Assembly (NCBI GenBank): GCA_965223795.1
Contig: CBDCXL010000002.1
Coordinates: forward strand, 1,856,001-1,920,000
DNA: 64,000 bases
Reading direction: 5' to 3'
Source of the DNA: Nitrospinales bacterium
Lineage (GTDB): Bacteria > Nitrospinota > Nitrospinia > Nitrospinales > VA-1
How positions within the stretch are numbered: the stretch's first letter is position 1; each line of letters begins with the position of its first letter. Below are positions 55,073 to 64,000 of the stretch, piece after piece. The translations under genes and the position numbers were made by a program. A model generated the notes under the pieces. It was not told where the DNA came from. It searched no databases and worked only from the letters and a program-made list of their open reading frames with translations.

Positions 55073-56239
55073 ATGACGTCCTCCGCGACAGACGAACGAT
55101 TGCACGCGCTTCGGCAAAAGGCGCTGACGCTCGGGTTTCACGGGTTCGGCGTGGCGTCTCCGGAAATGCCGCAAGCGGTGTTGAATTATCAGCGCTGGAT
55201 CGACCTGGGCTATGAAGGCGAGATGGTCTACATGTCGCGCTGGCGGGAAAAACGCTCGGATCTGGACCGGGTTCTGCCGGGCGTGAAAAGCGTGATCTGT
55301 CTGCGCACCGACTACCTCACGGCAGACAAGGACATGGGATTTCTGAAAGAGACGGACAAAGGCGACATCTCGCTGTATGCGCTCAACGAGGATTACCACG
55401 ATGTGATCGGACCCAGGCTCAAGGCGCTGGAACGCTTCGTTCAGCAACGATGGCCGGGTTGTAGCACGAAGGTGTACGTGGACACCGGGCCGGTGCTGGA
55501 AAAGCCGCTGGCGCAGAAAGCCGGATTGGGCTGGATCGGCAAGCACACCAACCTGTTGAGCGAGGGCATCGGTTCCTGGTATTTCCTTTCGGAAATTCTG
55601 GTGGACGTCGTGTTGACCGAATCGCAGGCGGCGGAGGACCGCTGCGGCACCTGCTCCGAGTGCATCGACGTCTGCCCGACCGGCGCCATCGTCGCGCCTT
55701 ACGTCCTGGATTCGCGCAAATGCCTTTCCTACCTCAACATCGAACTCAAGGGCGTGATCCCGGTGGAATACCGCAAGGCGATGGGCAACCGCATCTACGG
55801 TTGCGACGACTGCCAGATCGTTTGCCCGTGGAACGAGCACGCGGTTCCCGTGCCGGAAGATGCGTTTCAAGAGCCGGTGTCCACGCGCCTGCTGACCGAT
55901 CTCATCGCGATGGACGATGCGGCGTTTCGCAAGCGGTTCAAAAAAAGTCCCATCAAGCGCATCAAGCGGCGCGGGTTTCTGCGCAATGTGGCGGTGGCGC
56001 TGGGCAATTCCGGCAGTCCGGATGCGGTCGAACCGCTCGTTCGGGTGCTCGATGATGCGGAACCGCTCATCCGCGCGCATGCGGTGTGGGCGCTCGGGGA
56101 ACTGCTTGGCGAAAAGGCGGTTGCGCGGATTCAGGAGCGGCTCGACGGGGAGTCGGATCCCTGGGTGCTGGCGGAAATCCGCAGGCTGGACCCCGGATTT
56201 TCACCGGTTTTGCGTTCTCCCGCCGCCGACGGGCAATAA
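55073..56239 (+). CDS. queG: tRNA epoxyqueuosine(34) reductase
   Basis: DYHDV, VDTGPVLE, GWIGKH, CGTCSECIDVCP, GCDDCQIVCPWN, HEAT-like tail. Confidence 0.95.
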   Translation: MTSSATDERLHALRQKALTLGFHGFGVASPEMPQAVLNYQRWIDLGYEGEMVYMSRWREKRSDLDRVLPGVKSVICLRTDYLTADKDMGFLKETDKGDISLYALNEDYHDVIGPRLKALERFVQQRWPGCSTKVYVDTGPVLEKPLAQKAGLGWIGKHTNLLSEGIGSWYFLSEILVDVVLTESQAAEDRCGTCSECIDVCPTGAIVAPYVLDSRKCLSYLNIELKGVIPVEYRKAMGNRIYGCDDCQIVCPWNEHAVPVPEDAFQEPVSTRLLTDLIAMDDAAFRKRFKKSPIKRIKRRGFLRNVAVALGNSGSPDAVEPLVRVLDDAEPLIRAHAVWALGELLGEKAVARIQERLDGESDPWVLAEIRRLDPGFSPVLRSPAADGQ

Positions 56240-56244
56240 AGCCG

Positions 56245-56274
56245 TTGATAAAACTCGCTTCTTGATCCTATAAT
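56245..56274 (+). promoter_or_regulatory. Putative sigma70 promoter of hemE-hemH
   Basis: TTGATA-N18-TATAAT. Confidence 0.55.
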
Positions 56275-56376
56275 CGAAATTCGACCCAATCCGCCCGCGC
56301 TGCCGCGGGCTCGATCTCACTGGCGACTGGCGCGCCGGGGCGCGGCGGCCGTTTCCCAAATCACTTTGGATCACGA

Positions 56377-57417
56377 ATGAACAACGAAGAAAACTCCCGA
56401 TTTTTGAAGGCCTGCCGCGGCGAGCCGGTGGACGCGACGCCGCTCTGGTTTATGCGCCAGGCGGGCCGCTACATGAAAGCCTACCGCGATCTCAAGGCCA
56501 AGCACTCGTTTCTGGAACTGTGCCACACGCCGGAGCTGGCGACGGAGGTGACGCTGCAGCCGATCGGCGCGCTGGACGTGGATGCGGCCATCATCTTCGC
56601 CGACATCCTGCTGCCGCTGGAGCCGATGGGCACGGGGCTGGAATTCACCGCGGGCGACGGTCCGGTGGTGCCGCGGCCGGTGAAGGACGCCAAGGCGGTG
56701 GAGAAACTGAAACCGGTGAACGCCGAGGAGCAGCTCGGGTTCGTCGGCGATGCGATCCGCATGGTGCGTTCGGAGCTCAACGGCAAGGTGCCGTTGATCG
56801 GCTTCGCGGGCGCGCCGTTCACGCTGTGCAGCTACATGGTCGAGGGCGGCAAGTCCAAGGAATTCACCGCCACCAAGATGATGATGTTCGAGGCGCCGGA
56901 GATCTGGCAACAGCTCATGGACAAGGTGTGCGCGGTGCTGATCGATTATCTCAAGATGCAGGTGAAGGCCGGCGCGCAGGCGCTGCAGATTTTCGACAGC
57001 TGGGTCGGCTGCGTCAGCCCCTACGACTACGAGCGCTTCATCCTGCCGTACACGAAACGGGTCATCTCGGCGCTCAAGGAAACGGGCGTCCCGGTGATCA
57101 ACTTCAGCACCGGCACTTCGGCGATGGTGCACCGGGTCCACCAGGCGGGCGGCGACGTGATCAGCTTCGACTGGCGCATCGCACTCGACGAGGCCTGGGA
57201 AAAGGTCGGTTTCGACCAGCCGGTGCAGGGCAACCTCGATCCTTCCGTGCTGTTCGCGCCGCTGCCGGTCATCAAGGAGCGGGTGACGGACATCCTCAGG
57301 CGCGCGGCGGGGCGGCCGGGGCACATCTTCAATCTGGGTCACGGCATCCTGCAGCACACGCCGGTGGATCATGTGAAAGCGGTCTGCGACATGGTGCACG
57401 AATACCGACATGCGTGA
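56377..57417 (+). CDS. hemE: Uroporphyrinogen decarboxylase
   Basis: WFMRQAGRY, AIIFADIL, QGNLDP, IFNLGHG. Confidence 0.98.
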   Translation: MNNEENSRFLKACRGEPVDATPLWFMRQAGRYMKAYRDLKAKHSFLELCHTPELATEVTLQPIGALDVDAAIIFADILLPLEPMGTGLEFTAGDGPVVPRPVKDAKAVEKLKPVNAEEQLGFVGDAIRMVRSELNGKVPLIGFAGAPFTLCSYMVEGGKSKEFTATKMMMFEAPEIWQQLMDKVCAVLIDYLKMQVKAGAQALQIFDSWVGCVSPYDYERFILPYTKRVISALKETGVPVINFSTGTSAMVHRVHQAGGDVISFDWRIALDEAWEKVGFDQPVQGNLDPSVLFAPLPVIKERVTDILRRAAGRPGHIFNLGHGILQHTPVDHVKAVCDMVHEYRHA

Positions 57418-58351
57418 CGCGTCTTCCAGCCAATCCCCTACCGGTATTTTTCTGATGGCGCACGGCGCGCCCAATTCGGTCGACGACATCCCCCTTTACC
57501 TGAAAAACATCCGCGGCGGCGTCGAATCGTCTCCCGACGTGGTGAAACTGATCCAGGAACGCTACGAGGCGATCGGCGGCAGCTCGCCGCTGCTTGAAAT
57601 CACCCGCGGCCAGGCGGAGGCGCTGGAGGCGTTCATCAATCAGGACGGGCAGGCATTCAGGGTTTATTTCGGGATGCGGAACTGGAGCCCTTACATCGAG
57701 GATGTGGTGCGCCAGATGCTCAACGACGGGGTGCGGAAAATTCTGGCGCTCTGCCTCGCGCCCCAGTACAGTAAGTGGAGCACCGAACGCTATTTTCAAT
57801 CGTTCCAGGACGCACTCAAGGCATGTGGTTCGCCGGATGTGGAGGTGCGCTGCGTTTCCAGCTGGTCGAACCATCCCTGCCTCATCGATGCGTTCGCGGA
57901 ACGCTATCAGGAAGCGGTCGCCCGGCTTGAGAAGATGGGCAAGGACCGGATCTACACGGTTTTCACGGTGCACAGCATTCCGGCGGGATCGCTGGACGAA
58001 GGCGACCCCTATGCGGAGGAATACGACCGCACGCTGAAGGGCATCGTGGAGCGCGTCAAGCCCTACAAATGGTATCAGGCGTACCAGAGCCAGGGGATGA
58101 TTCCGGTGCCCTGGCTCGGGCCGACGGTGGAGTCGGTGCTCGACAAGATCGCGCGTTACGGACCGCGTACGGTGCTCGTGGTTCCGGTGGGGTTCGTTTC
58201 GGATCACATCGAGGTGCTATACGACATCGACGTGGAATTTAAAAATTACGCGCGCGAACGGAAACTGGATCTTCACCGCACCGAATCGATGAACCTGTCT
58301 CCGCGTTTCATCGAGGCGATGGCGGCGGTGGCCTGGGAGCATCTGGTGTGA
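57410..58351 (+). CDS. hemH: Ferrochelatase
   Basis: RYEAIGGSSPL, GMRNWSPY, HSIP, YQSQG...WLGP, GFVSDHIEVLYDID. Confidence 0.95.
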   Translation: MRDASSSQSPTGIFLMAHGAPNSVDDIPLYLKNIRGGVESSPDVVKLIQERYEAIGGSSPLLEITRGQAEALEAFINQDGQAFRVYFGMRNWSPYIEDVVRQMLNDGVRKILALCLAPQYSKWSTERYFQSFQDALKACGSPDVEVRCVSSWSNHPCLIDAFAERYQEAVARLEKMGKDRIYTVFTVHSIPAGSLDEGDPYAEEYDRTLKGIVERVKPYKWYQAYQSQGMIPVPWLGPTVESVLDKIARYGPRTVLVVPVGFVSDHIEVLYDIDVEFKNYARERKLDLHRTESMNLSPRFIEAMAAVAWEHLV

Positions 58352-58501
58352 GCGCCGCCTGGAATGATCATGAGTCAATGGGGCCGCAGGTTTTTGTGAA
58401 ACCGGATTAAAAAAAATTAATTCTGAATTAATCATTTTTCAATCCGGTTTTTTTAATCTGAAGGCGACCTGAAAATTGAATCGTGAAAAGGGACCTGGAT
58501 T

Positions 58502-59620
58502 ATGTTACAAGCACAATGGCTGAGAACGGGAACGAGCACGGCACTGTTTGTGGTTTTGTTGCTGGCGGGATCGGCGACGCCGCTGTTTTCTGAAACGAAG
58601 AAACTCTGGACCGAAAAGAAAAGCAAGTCTCCCGCCGAACAGGTGGTCATTGGCGGCGATCTGTTCAGCCGCATGGCGGAGGAACTCAGTCCGACGGTCG
58701 TCAACGTGCGGTCGCTCAAGCAGGTCGACCCGCGCATCGCCGATTACCCGTTTCAAAGACAGCCCGCGCCGAACCAGCCTCCGGCCTTTCAGCAGCGGGG
58801 CGAAGGGTCCGGGTTCATCATCAGCAAGGACGGCTACATCCTGACCAACGCGCACGTGGTGCTCGGCTCGGACGAAGTGCAGGTCGCCCTGTCCGACGGC
58901 AGCCTGTATTCCGGCAAGCCGGTGGGCATCGACGTGGAGACCGACATTGCGCTGATCAAGATCGACGCGCCCAAACCGCTGCCGGTGCTTCCGCTCGGCA
59001 GCTCGGAAAAGCTGAAGCCGGGCGAGTGGGTGATGGCGATCGGCAGCCCGTTCGGATTCGATCTCACGGTGACGGCGGGCATCGTCAGCGGCAAGGGACG
59101 CTCTTTGGGTTCGAACCCGTTCGATGATTTCATCCAGACCGACACGCCGATCAATCCCGGCAACAGCGGCGGCCCGTTGATCAACACGCGCGGGGAGGCG
59201 GTGGGTATCAACACCGCGGTGCTGGCGATGGGGCAGGGGCTGGGATTTTCCGTGCCCATCGATCTGGTGAAGAAGCTCGTTCCGCAGCTCAAGGAAAAAG
59301 GCTATGTGGTGCGCAGCTGGCTCGGCGTCAACGTTCAGGACATCACCCTGGCCATCAAGCAAACGCTCAAGCTCAAAATCGATAAAGGATCCTTCGTCGT
59401 GGAGGTGGTTGCGGGAGGCCCGGCGCATGCGGCGGGAATCCAGGCCAACGATGTGATCGTCGAATACGACGGCCAGCAGATCAAAACGTCCCGCGATCTG
59501 CCCAAGCTGATTGCGCATTCCCCGCCGGGCAAACTGGTGCCCGTGAAACTGGTGCGCGGCGACAAGAACATCACGCTGCAGCTCAAGCTGCAGGAGATGC
59601 CCCGCCGCGGACGGCCGTAA
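58502..59620 (+). CDS. HtrA/DegP-family serine protease, single PDZ domain
   Basis: Signal peptide; triad motifs TNAHV, TDIAL, GNSGGPL; one PDZ domain. Confidence 0.93.
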   Translation: MLQAQWLRTGTSTALFVVLLLAGSATPLFSETKKLWTEKKSKSPAEQVVIGGDLFSRMAEELSPTVVNVRSLKQVDPRIADYPFQRQPAPNQPPAFQQRGEGSGFIISKDGYILTNAHVVLGSDEVQVALSDGSLYSGKPVGIDVETDIALIKIDAPKPLPVLPLGSSEKLKPGEWVMAIGSPFGFDLTVTAGIVSGKGRSLGSNPFDDFIQTDTPINPGNSGGPLINTRGEAVGINTAVLAMGQGLGFSVPIDLVKKLVPQLKEKGYVVRSWLGVNVQDITLAIKQTLKLKIDKGSFVVEVVAGGPAHAAGIQANDVIVEYDGQQIKTSRDLPKLIAHSPPGKLVPVKLVRGDKNITLQLKLQEMPRRGRP

Positions 59621-59713
59621 CGCCTGTTTCGTTTCAGACCGGTTTTTTTTTCAGTCCAAAGCTGTTTCATTCCACTCGCGCGTTCCATCGCGCCGTACTC
59701 TCATATCCAAAAC

Positions 59714-61876
59714 ATGCTCCTCGATTCTTTGAATCCGCAACAGAAGCAGGCGGTGCAGCACGGCGACGGTCCGCTGATCGTCGTCGCGGGCGCCGGTTCG
59801 GGCAAGACGCGGGTGATCACCAGCCGCATCGCCTATCTCATCCACGAGCGCGGCGTCGCGCCCGAGCGCATCCTCGCCATCACGTTCACCAACAAGGCGG
59901 CGGGGGAAATGAAAGAGCGCATCCACGGCATGCTGGGCGACGCCGATTTCAAACCGTGGATCAGCACGTTTCACTCGTTCTGCCTCCGTGTGCTGCGGCA
60001 GCACATAGAAGCACTGGGGCGGTCGAAGGATTTTGTCATCTACGATGCGCAGGACCAGCTTTCCCTGCTCAAGCAGTGCATGAAATCCGCCTCCGCCAAC
60101 GAGGACGCGTTCCCCCCGAAAACGCTGTTGCACCACATCAGCAGTTTCAAAAACGATTTTCTGATGCCCAAGGACATCGACCGGGACGCGCTGCCTTTCG
60201 GCAACAAGATGAAAGCGGCGGAACTGTATCCGGTCTACCAGGAAGCGCTGAAAAAAAACAACGCGCTGGATTTCGACGATCTTCTGTTCTGCACGGTGCG
60301 CCTGCTGGCGGAGTCGGAGCCGGTCTCGCGCTACTACAACGAGCGGTTTCAGCACATCCTGGTGGATGAGTTTCAGGACACCAACCTCACGCAGTACAAA
60401 CTGCTCCGGCTGCTCACCGCCGGGCACCGCAACGTCTGCGTGGTGGGCGACGACGATCAGAGCATTTACCGCTGGCGCGGCGCCAACCTGGAAAACCTGC
60501 TGCACTTCGAGAAGGACTATCCGGGGACGGTGGTCATCAAGCTGGAAGAGAATTACCGCTCGACGCAGAACATCCTCAAGGCCGCGGGCGCAGTGGTGGA
60601 GGAAAACCACAAGCGCCGGCCGAAAACGCTGTGGACGCAGAACGAGGCGGGCGAGCCGGTGCGCTATTACCGGGCGGAAGATGAGATCGACGAGGCGCGG
60701 TCGATCGGCGAGAAGATCATCAAGTACAACGAGGAGGAAGGCATTTCCTTCAGCGACATGGCGGTGCTGTACCGCACCAATGCGCAGTCCAGGGTGGTGG
60801 AAGACACGCTGCGTTCGCGCGGCATCCAGCACCAGGTGATCGGCGGTTTGAAGTTCTACGCGCGCAAGGAGATCAAGGACATCCTGAGTTTCATGCGGGT
60901 GGTGCTCAATCCGGACGATTCGATCTCGCTGAAGCGCATCATCAACGTGCCGGCGCGGGGCATCGGCAAGACTTCGCTCGATAAAATCGACGCGCACTGT
61001 GCGGAAAACAATCTGTCTTTCATGGAAGGCTTGAAAGCCGCCGGTGCGATCACATCGAAGGCGGTGGGCAACAAGATTGCGAAATTCGTGACCCTGGTCG
61101 AAGAGCTGGATTCGATCTACCACAGTGCATCGCCGCTGGATTTTCTGCGCGAGGTGATGGAACGCACGGGCTATCTGGACATGCTGCGCAAGGACGGTTC
61201 TCCGGAAAGCCAGAGCCGCATGGAAAACCTGCAGGAGCTGTACACCGCGCTCGAGCAGGAGGTGGAAAAGAACAACGTCACGCTGCCCGAGTTTTTAGAC
61301 ACCACCGCGCTGGTTGCCGACGTGGACACCCTGGAGGATTCGCGCGGCGTGCTGCCGCTGATGACGCTGCACACCTGCAAGGGGCTCGAATTCGACGTGG
61401 CCTTCATCATCGGCATGGAGGACGGCCTGCTGCCGCACAACAGCTCGATGTCCGATCCCGATGAGTTTGAGGAAGAAAGGCGGTTGTGCTATGTTGGGTT
61501 CACACGAGCCCGAAAGCGGTTGATCGTGAGCAACGCGCGGCGGCGCAAGATCTACGGCAATCATTTCAACTACCCGCCCTCGCAGTTTCTCGCGTCGATT
61601 CCCGATGACGTTCTGGTGACGGAGCGCAGCGCGGCGGCGCCGAACTTTGAGAGCCGGCGCCCTGCCTATGCCGTGAGCGAACCGGTGCCCTCCGCGTCGG
61701 CGGCGGCGCCCAAGGAGTATTCGATCGGCAGCAAGGTGCTGCATCCCACGTTCGGCAAAGGCGTGGTCATCAACCGCATGGGCAATGAGGCGGACCTGAA
61801 GGTGGAAATCTTTTTCAAACCGCCGCATGGCAAGAAAAAGCTGGCTGTCAAACTGGCCAAACTGATTCCGTTGTGA
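59714..61876 (+). CDS. pcrA: ATP-dependent DNA helicase PcrA/UvrD
   Basis: AGAGSGKT, VDEFQDTN, VGDDDQSIY, KGLEF, EEERRLCYVG, C-terminal Tudor-like HPTFGKG. Confidence 0.93.
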   Translation: MLLDSLNPQQKQAVQHGDGPLIVVAGAGSGKTRVITSRIAYLIHERGVAPERILAITFTNKAAGEMKERIHGMLGDADFKPWISTFHSFCLRVLRQHIEALGRSKDFVIYDAQDQLSLLKQCMKSASANEDAFPPKTLLHHISSFKNDFLMPKDIDRDALPFGNKMKAAELYPVYQEALKKNNALDFDDLLFCTVRLLAESEPVSRYYNERFQHILVDEFQDTNLTQYKLLRLLTAGHRNVCVVGDDDQSIYRWRGANLENLLHFEKDYPGTVVIKLEENYRSTQNILKAAGAVVEENHKRRPKTLWTQNEAGEPVRYYRAEDEIDEARSIGEKIIKYNEEEGISFSDMAVLYRTNAQSRVVEDTLRSRGIQHQVIGGLKFYARKEIKDILSFMRVVLNPDDSISLKRIINVPARGIGKTSLDKIDAHCAENNLSFMEGLKAAGAITSKAVGNKIAKFVTLVEELDSIYHSASPLDFLREVMERTGYLDMLRKDGSPESQSRMENLQELYTALEQEVEKNNVTLPEFLDTTALVADVDTLEDSRGVLPLMTLHTCKGLEFDVAFIIGMEDGLLPHNSSMSDPDEFEEERRLCYVGFTRARKRLIVSNARRRKIYGNHFNYPPSQFLASIPDDVLVTERSAAAPNFESRRPAYAVSEPVPSASAAAPKEYSIGSKVLHPTFGKGVVINRMGNEADLKVEIFFKPPHGKKKLAVKLAKLIPL

Positions 61877-61932
61877 GATTCGGGCGGCGGGTGCTTCCGC
61901 AATGCATCCGGACGTCCATTGAGGAGGCTGTC

Positions 61933-62241
61933 ATGAGACATTCAATGCACAAATTCGTGTTGTGTTTGTTCACGGTGCTTTTTCTCGCGGGGACGAACGC
62001 CGCCTGGGCGGGAGAGGGCGTCGCGTTTTCGGGTAAGGTCAAGAAGGTGATCGCGGCGAAGAACAAGGTCGCGATCAAGGATCCGGAGACCAAAAAACGC
62101 TTCACGGTGATCGTGGACGACAAAACTCAGATGAGCGGGTGGAAAGGCATCGAAGACATCAAAAAGGGCGATGCGATCGAAGGCAAGTACGTGGTCACCG
62201 AAAAGGGGCTTTACATCGCTGTGGAGCTGAAGGGGAAATAG
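61933..62241 (+). CDS. Small exported hypothetical protein (beta-rich, OB-fold-like)
   Basis: GAGGAGG SD, signal peptide ending AWA, GKVKKV...IKKGDAIEGKY pattern. Confidence 0.7.
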   Translation: MRHSMHKFVLCLFTVLFLAGTNAAWAGEGVAFSGKVKKVIAAKNKVAIKDPETKKRFTVIVDDKTQMSGWKGIEDIKKGDAIEGKYVVTEKGLYIAVELKGK

Positions 62242-62266
62242 AACCTGGCGCGGTGAGGCGTGCGCT

Positions 62267-63574
62267 TCAACGCGTCGAGCCCGCGGGGTGCGGCCGTCCG
62301 TTCAGCAGCTTTTCCAGTTTTTCCCTGCCGCCGTCGGGCAGCCTGAGGCTCAAAAGCAGGGTGTCCTCGCGGTAATCTTCTTTCACCACGACGAACTGCC
62401 TACGGATTTCCGGCAGGATCCCGGCCTGCGAATAGCCGAGTTCGAGGATGTAGGAGGTGAGCCTGCTTTCGTAATGGCGGACGATCTCCCGGCGCAGCCG
62501 GTCCATGCCTTCTCCGGTCTTGCAGGAGACGAGCACCGCCTCCGGACAGCGCTCCAGCACGCCGGCCAGGATCTCCGGGTCTTGCACCCGGTCGATCTTG
62601 TTGAACACCAGTATCGAATCGATATCCCGGGCTTCCATTTCCTGCAGCACCTTGTCCACCGTCTCGCGCTGGTTCTGGTGGTTGGGATGGCTGAGGTCGA
62701 CGACTTTGAGCAGCAGGTCCGCTTCGCGCACTTCGTCGAGCGTGCTTTTGAAGGACGCCACCAGATCGTGCGGCAGCTTGTCGATCAATCCGACCGTGTC
62801 GGCGAGGAGCACCGGGTAGGGGAAGTTTTTTTTGATCTTGCGGATGGTCGGATCGAGCGTCGCGAACAGCTTGTTCTCCACCAGCGTGTCCGAACCGGTG
62901 AGGGCGTTCATCAGGGTGGACTTGCCGACGTTGGTGTAGCCCACCAGCGAGACGCGGTACATGCCCTGGCGGGTCTTTCTCTGCGTCTTTTTTTCCCGGT
63001 CGATCTGCTTGAGCTTGCGTTCCAGCTTGGTGATCTGGTCGCGGATGAGCCGCCGGTCCAGCTGGATCTGCGTTTCCCCCACGTCTTTCAGCCCGATGCC
63101 GCCCCGCTGCCGGGAAAGGTGGCCCCACAGGCGCGTCAACCGGGGCAGGGCGTATTTCAGCCGCGCCAGTTCGACCTGCGTTTTGGCTTCGCGGGTGCGG
63201 GCGTGTTCCTGAAAAATTTCCAGGATGAGCCAGGACCGGTCGATGACCCGGCACTTGAGGATGGATTCCAGGTTGCGGTTCTGCCCCGGCGACAACTCCC
63301 CATCGAAGATCACCACCTGCGGCTCGTGGTGGCGCACCGCCTGCTGCAGCTCCTCCACCTTGCCCGAGCCCACGAGGGTTTTCGGATTGATCTCAGAGAG
63401 TTTCTGACGGATTTCGGCCACCGGCCGGTAATGCGCGGTGACGGCAAGCCCTTCCAGTTCCTCCAGGGAGTACTGCATGGGAACGCTGCCGTTATGGGGC
63501 AGCTCGACGCCGACCAGGATGGCCTGGCTCGTCGCTGAGGCTTCCTGCTGAATGTGGTAAAAGCGTGGTTTCAT
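62267..63574 (-). CDS. hflX: GTPase HflX
   Basis: GETQIQLDRR, GYTNVGKST, LFATLDPT, DTVG, NKID. Confidence 0.96.
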   Translation of the reverse strand: MKPRFYHIQQEASATSQAILVGVELPHNGSVPMQYSLEELEGLAVTAHYRPVAEIRQKLSEINPKTLVGSGKVEELQQAVRHHEPQVVIFDGELSPGQNRNLESILKCRVIDRSWLILEIFQEHARTREAKTQVELARLKYALPRLTRLWGHLSRQRGGIGLKDVGETQIQLDRRLIRDQITKLERKLKQIDREKKTQRKTRQGMYRVSLVGYTNVGKSTLMNALTGSDTLVENKLFATLDPTIRKIKKNFPYPVLLADTVGLIDKLPHDLVASFKSTLDEVREADLLLKVVDLSHPNHQNQRETVDKVLQEMEARDIDSILVFNKIDRVQDPEILAGVLERCPEAVLVSCKTGEGMDRLRREIVRHYESRLTSYILELGYSQAGILPEIRRQFVVVKEDYREDTLLLSLRLPDGGREKLEKLLNGRPHPAGSTR

Positions 63575-63718
63575 ATCCTGGCCCCATTATAGCGCATTTC
63601 AGGAGACGCCGCCTGAATGAAAGCGCCCGCTCCGGACCGGCGGCAAACCCAGGCAGGACGGGGCGAAACCGGGTTTTGCCCGAACGGGAAATCCGGAAAG
63701 AGGATGGCGGGACCGGGA

Positions 63719-64000
63719 TCAGGGAGGAACCGGAGGCAGGGAAAAGTCCTGCTCGAGGATGAGTTTCCCTTGGGCGTCGTAGCGTTTGCGGTTCTGTAAA
63801 ATGCCGCTACGGTAGGTGTAGACGTATTCGAGAGACCCGGACCGTGTGTAGGTTCTGGTTTCGCCTTGCTGCCGGTCCTTTTCAAAGTTCATTTCCGTTT
63901 TCAGGACGCCGTCCGGGTAGTACTTGCGCACGCGGCCGTGGAGTTTATTATTTTTGTAAAACCCTTCGTCCTTCACGTTGCCGTTGGCGAAATAGCCCAC
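63719..64000 (-). CDS. MORN-variant repeat (YwqK-like) protein, C-terminal part, truncated by the window edge
   Basis: Repeats YFANGNVKDEGFYKNNKLHG / YYPDGVLKTEMNFEKDRQQG / YTRSGSL. Confidence 0.75.
   Translation of the reverse strand: MGYFANGNVKDEGFYKNNKLHGRVRKYYPDGVLKTEMNFEKDRQQGETRTYTRSGSLEYVYTYRSGILQNRKRYDAQGKLILEQDFSLPPVPP

Noticed and set aside
63719..64000. YwqK-like protein as the antitoxin of a toxin-antitoxin system
   Set aside because: MORN-variant repeats are widespread, no toxin gene is visible, and the gene is truncated by the window edge.

Overview
A GC-rich bacterial chromosomal window with no phage, transposase or CRISPR array. The lineage is inferred, not proven, to be Nitrospinota/delta-proteobacteria-like. 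Bases ~0.6-32.1 kb form one continuous + strand translation/transcription super-cluster: tRNA-Thr/Tyr/Gly/Thr, rpmG, tRNA-Trp, secE-nusG-rplKAJL-rpoBC, then the str, S10, spc and alpha operons. It has no tuf beside the tRNAs, no rpmD (L30) and no map. The remainder is mostly housekeeping: rho-rpmE-prfA-prmC-murA-waaF, an alanine/glycine symporter, deacetylase-clpC-Gx transporter-GT2, queG, hemE-hemH, an HtrA protease, pcrA/uvrD and hflX. Three things stand out. (1) A tightly coupled four-gene operon at 33.4-38.7 kb encodes a small YVDPG membrane peptide, a kinase-fold/SAM-methyltransferase fusion (NoeA-like), a membrane Thr-type alkaline-phosphatase-superfamily enzyme and a TMTC-like GT-C/TPR protein; it looks like an uncharacterised envelope glycan/protein decoration system. 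(2) Two 76/77-bp units sit in tandem at the 3' end of a GT2 gene. Each carries a copy of the gene's last codons (KFRFVD*), and a synonymously diverged third copy lies downstream, which is the pattern left by site-specific integration. (3) An RpoB insertion is an ungapped match to the RpoC N-terminal Zn finger. All protein calls come from motif recognition by eye, not database searches.
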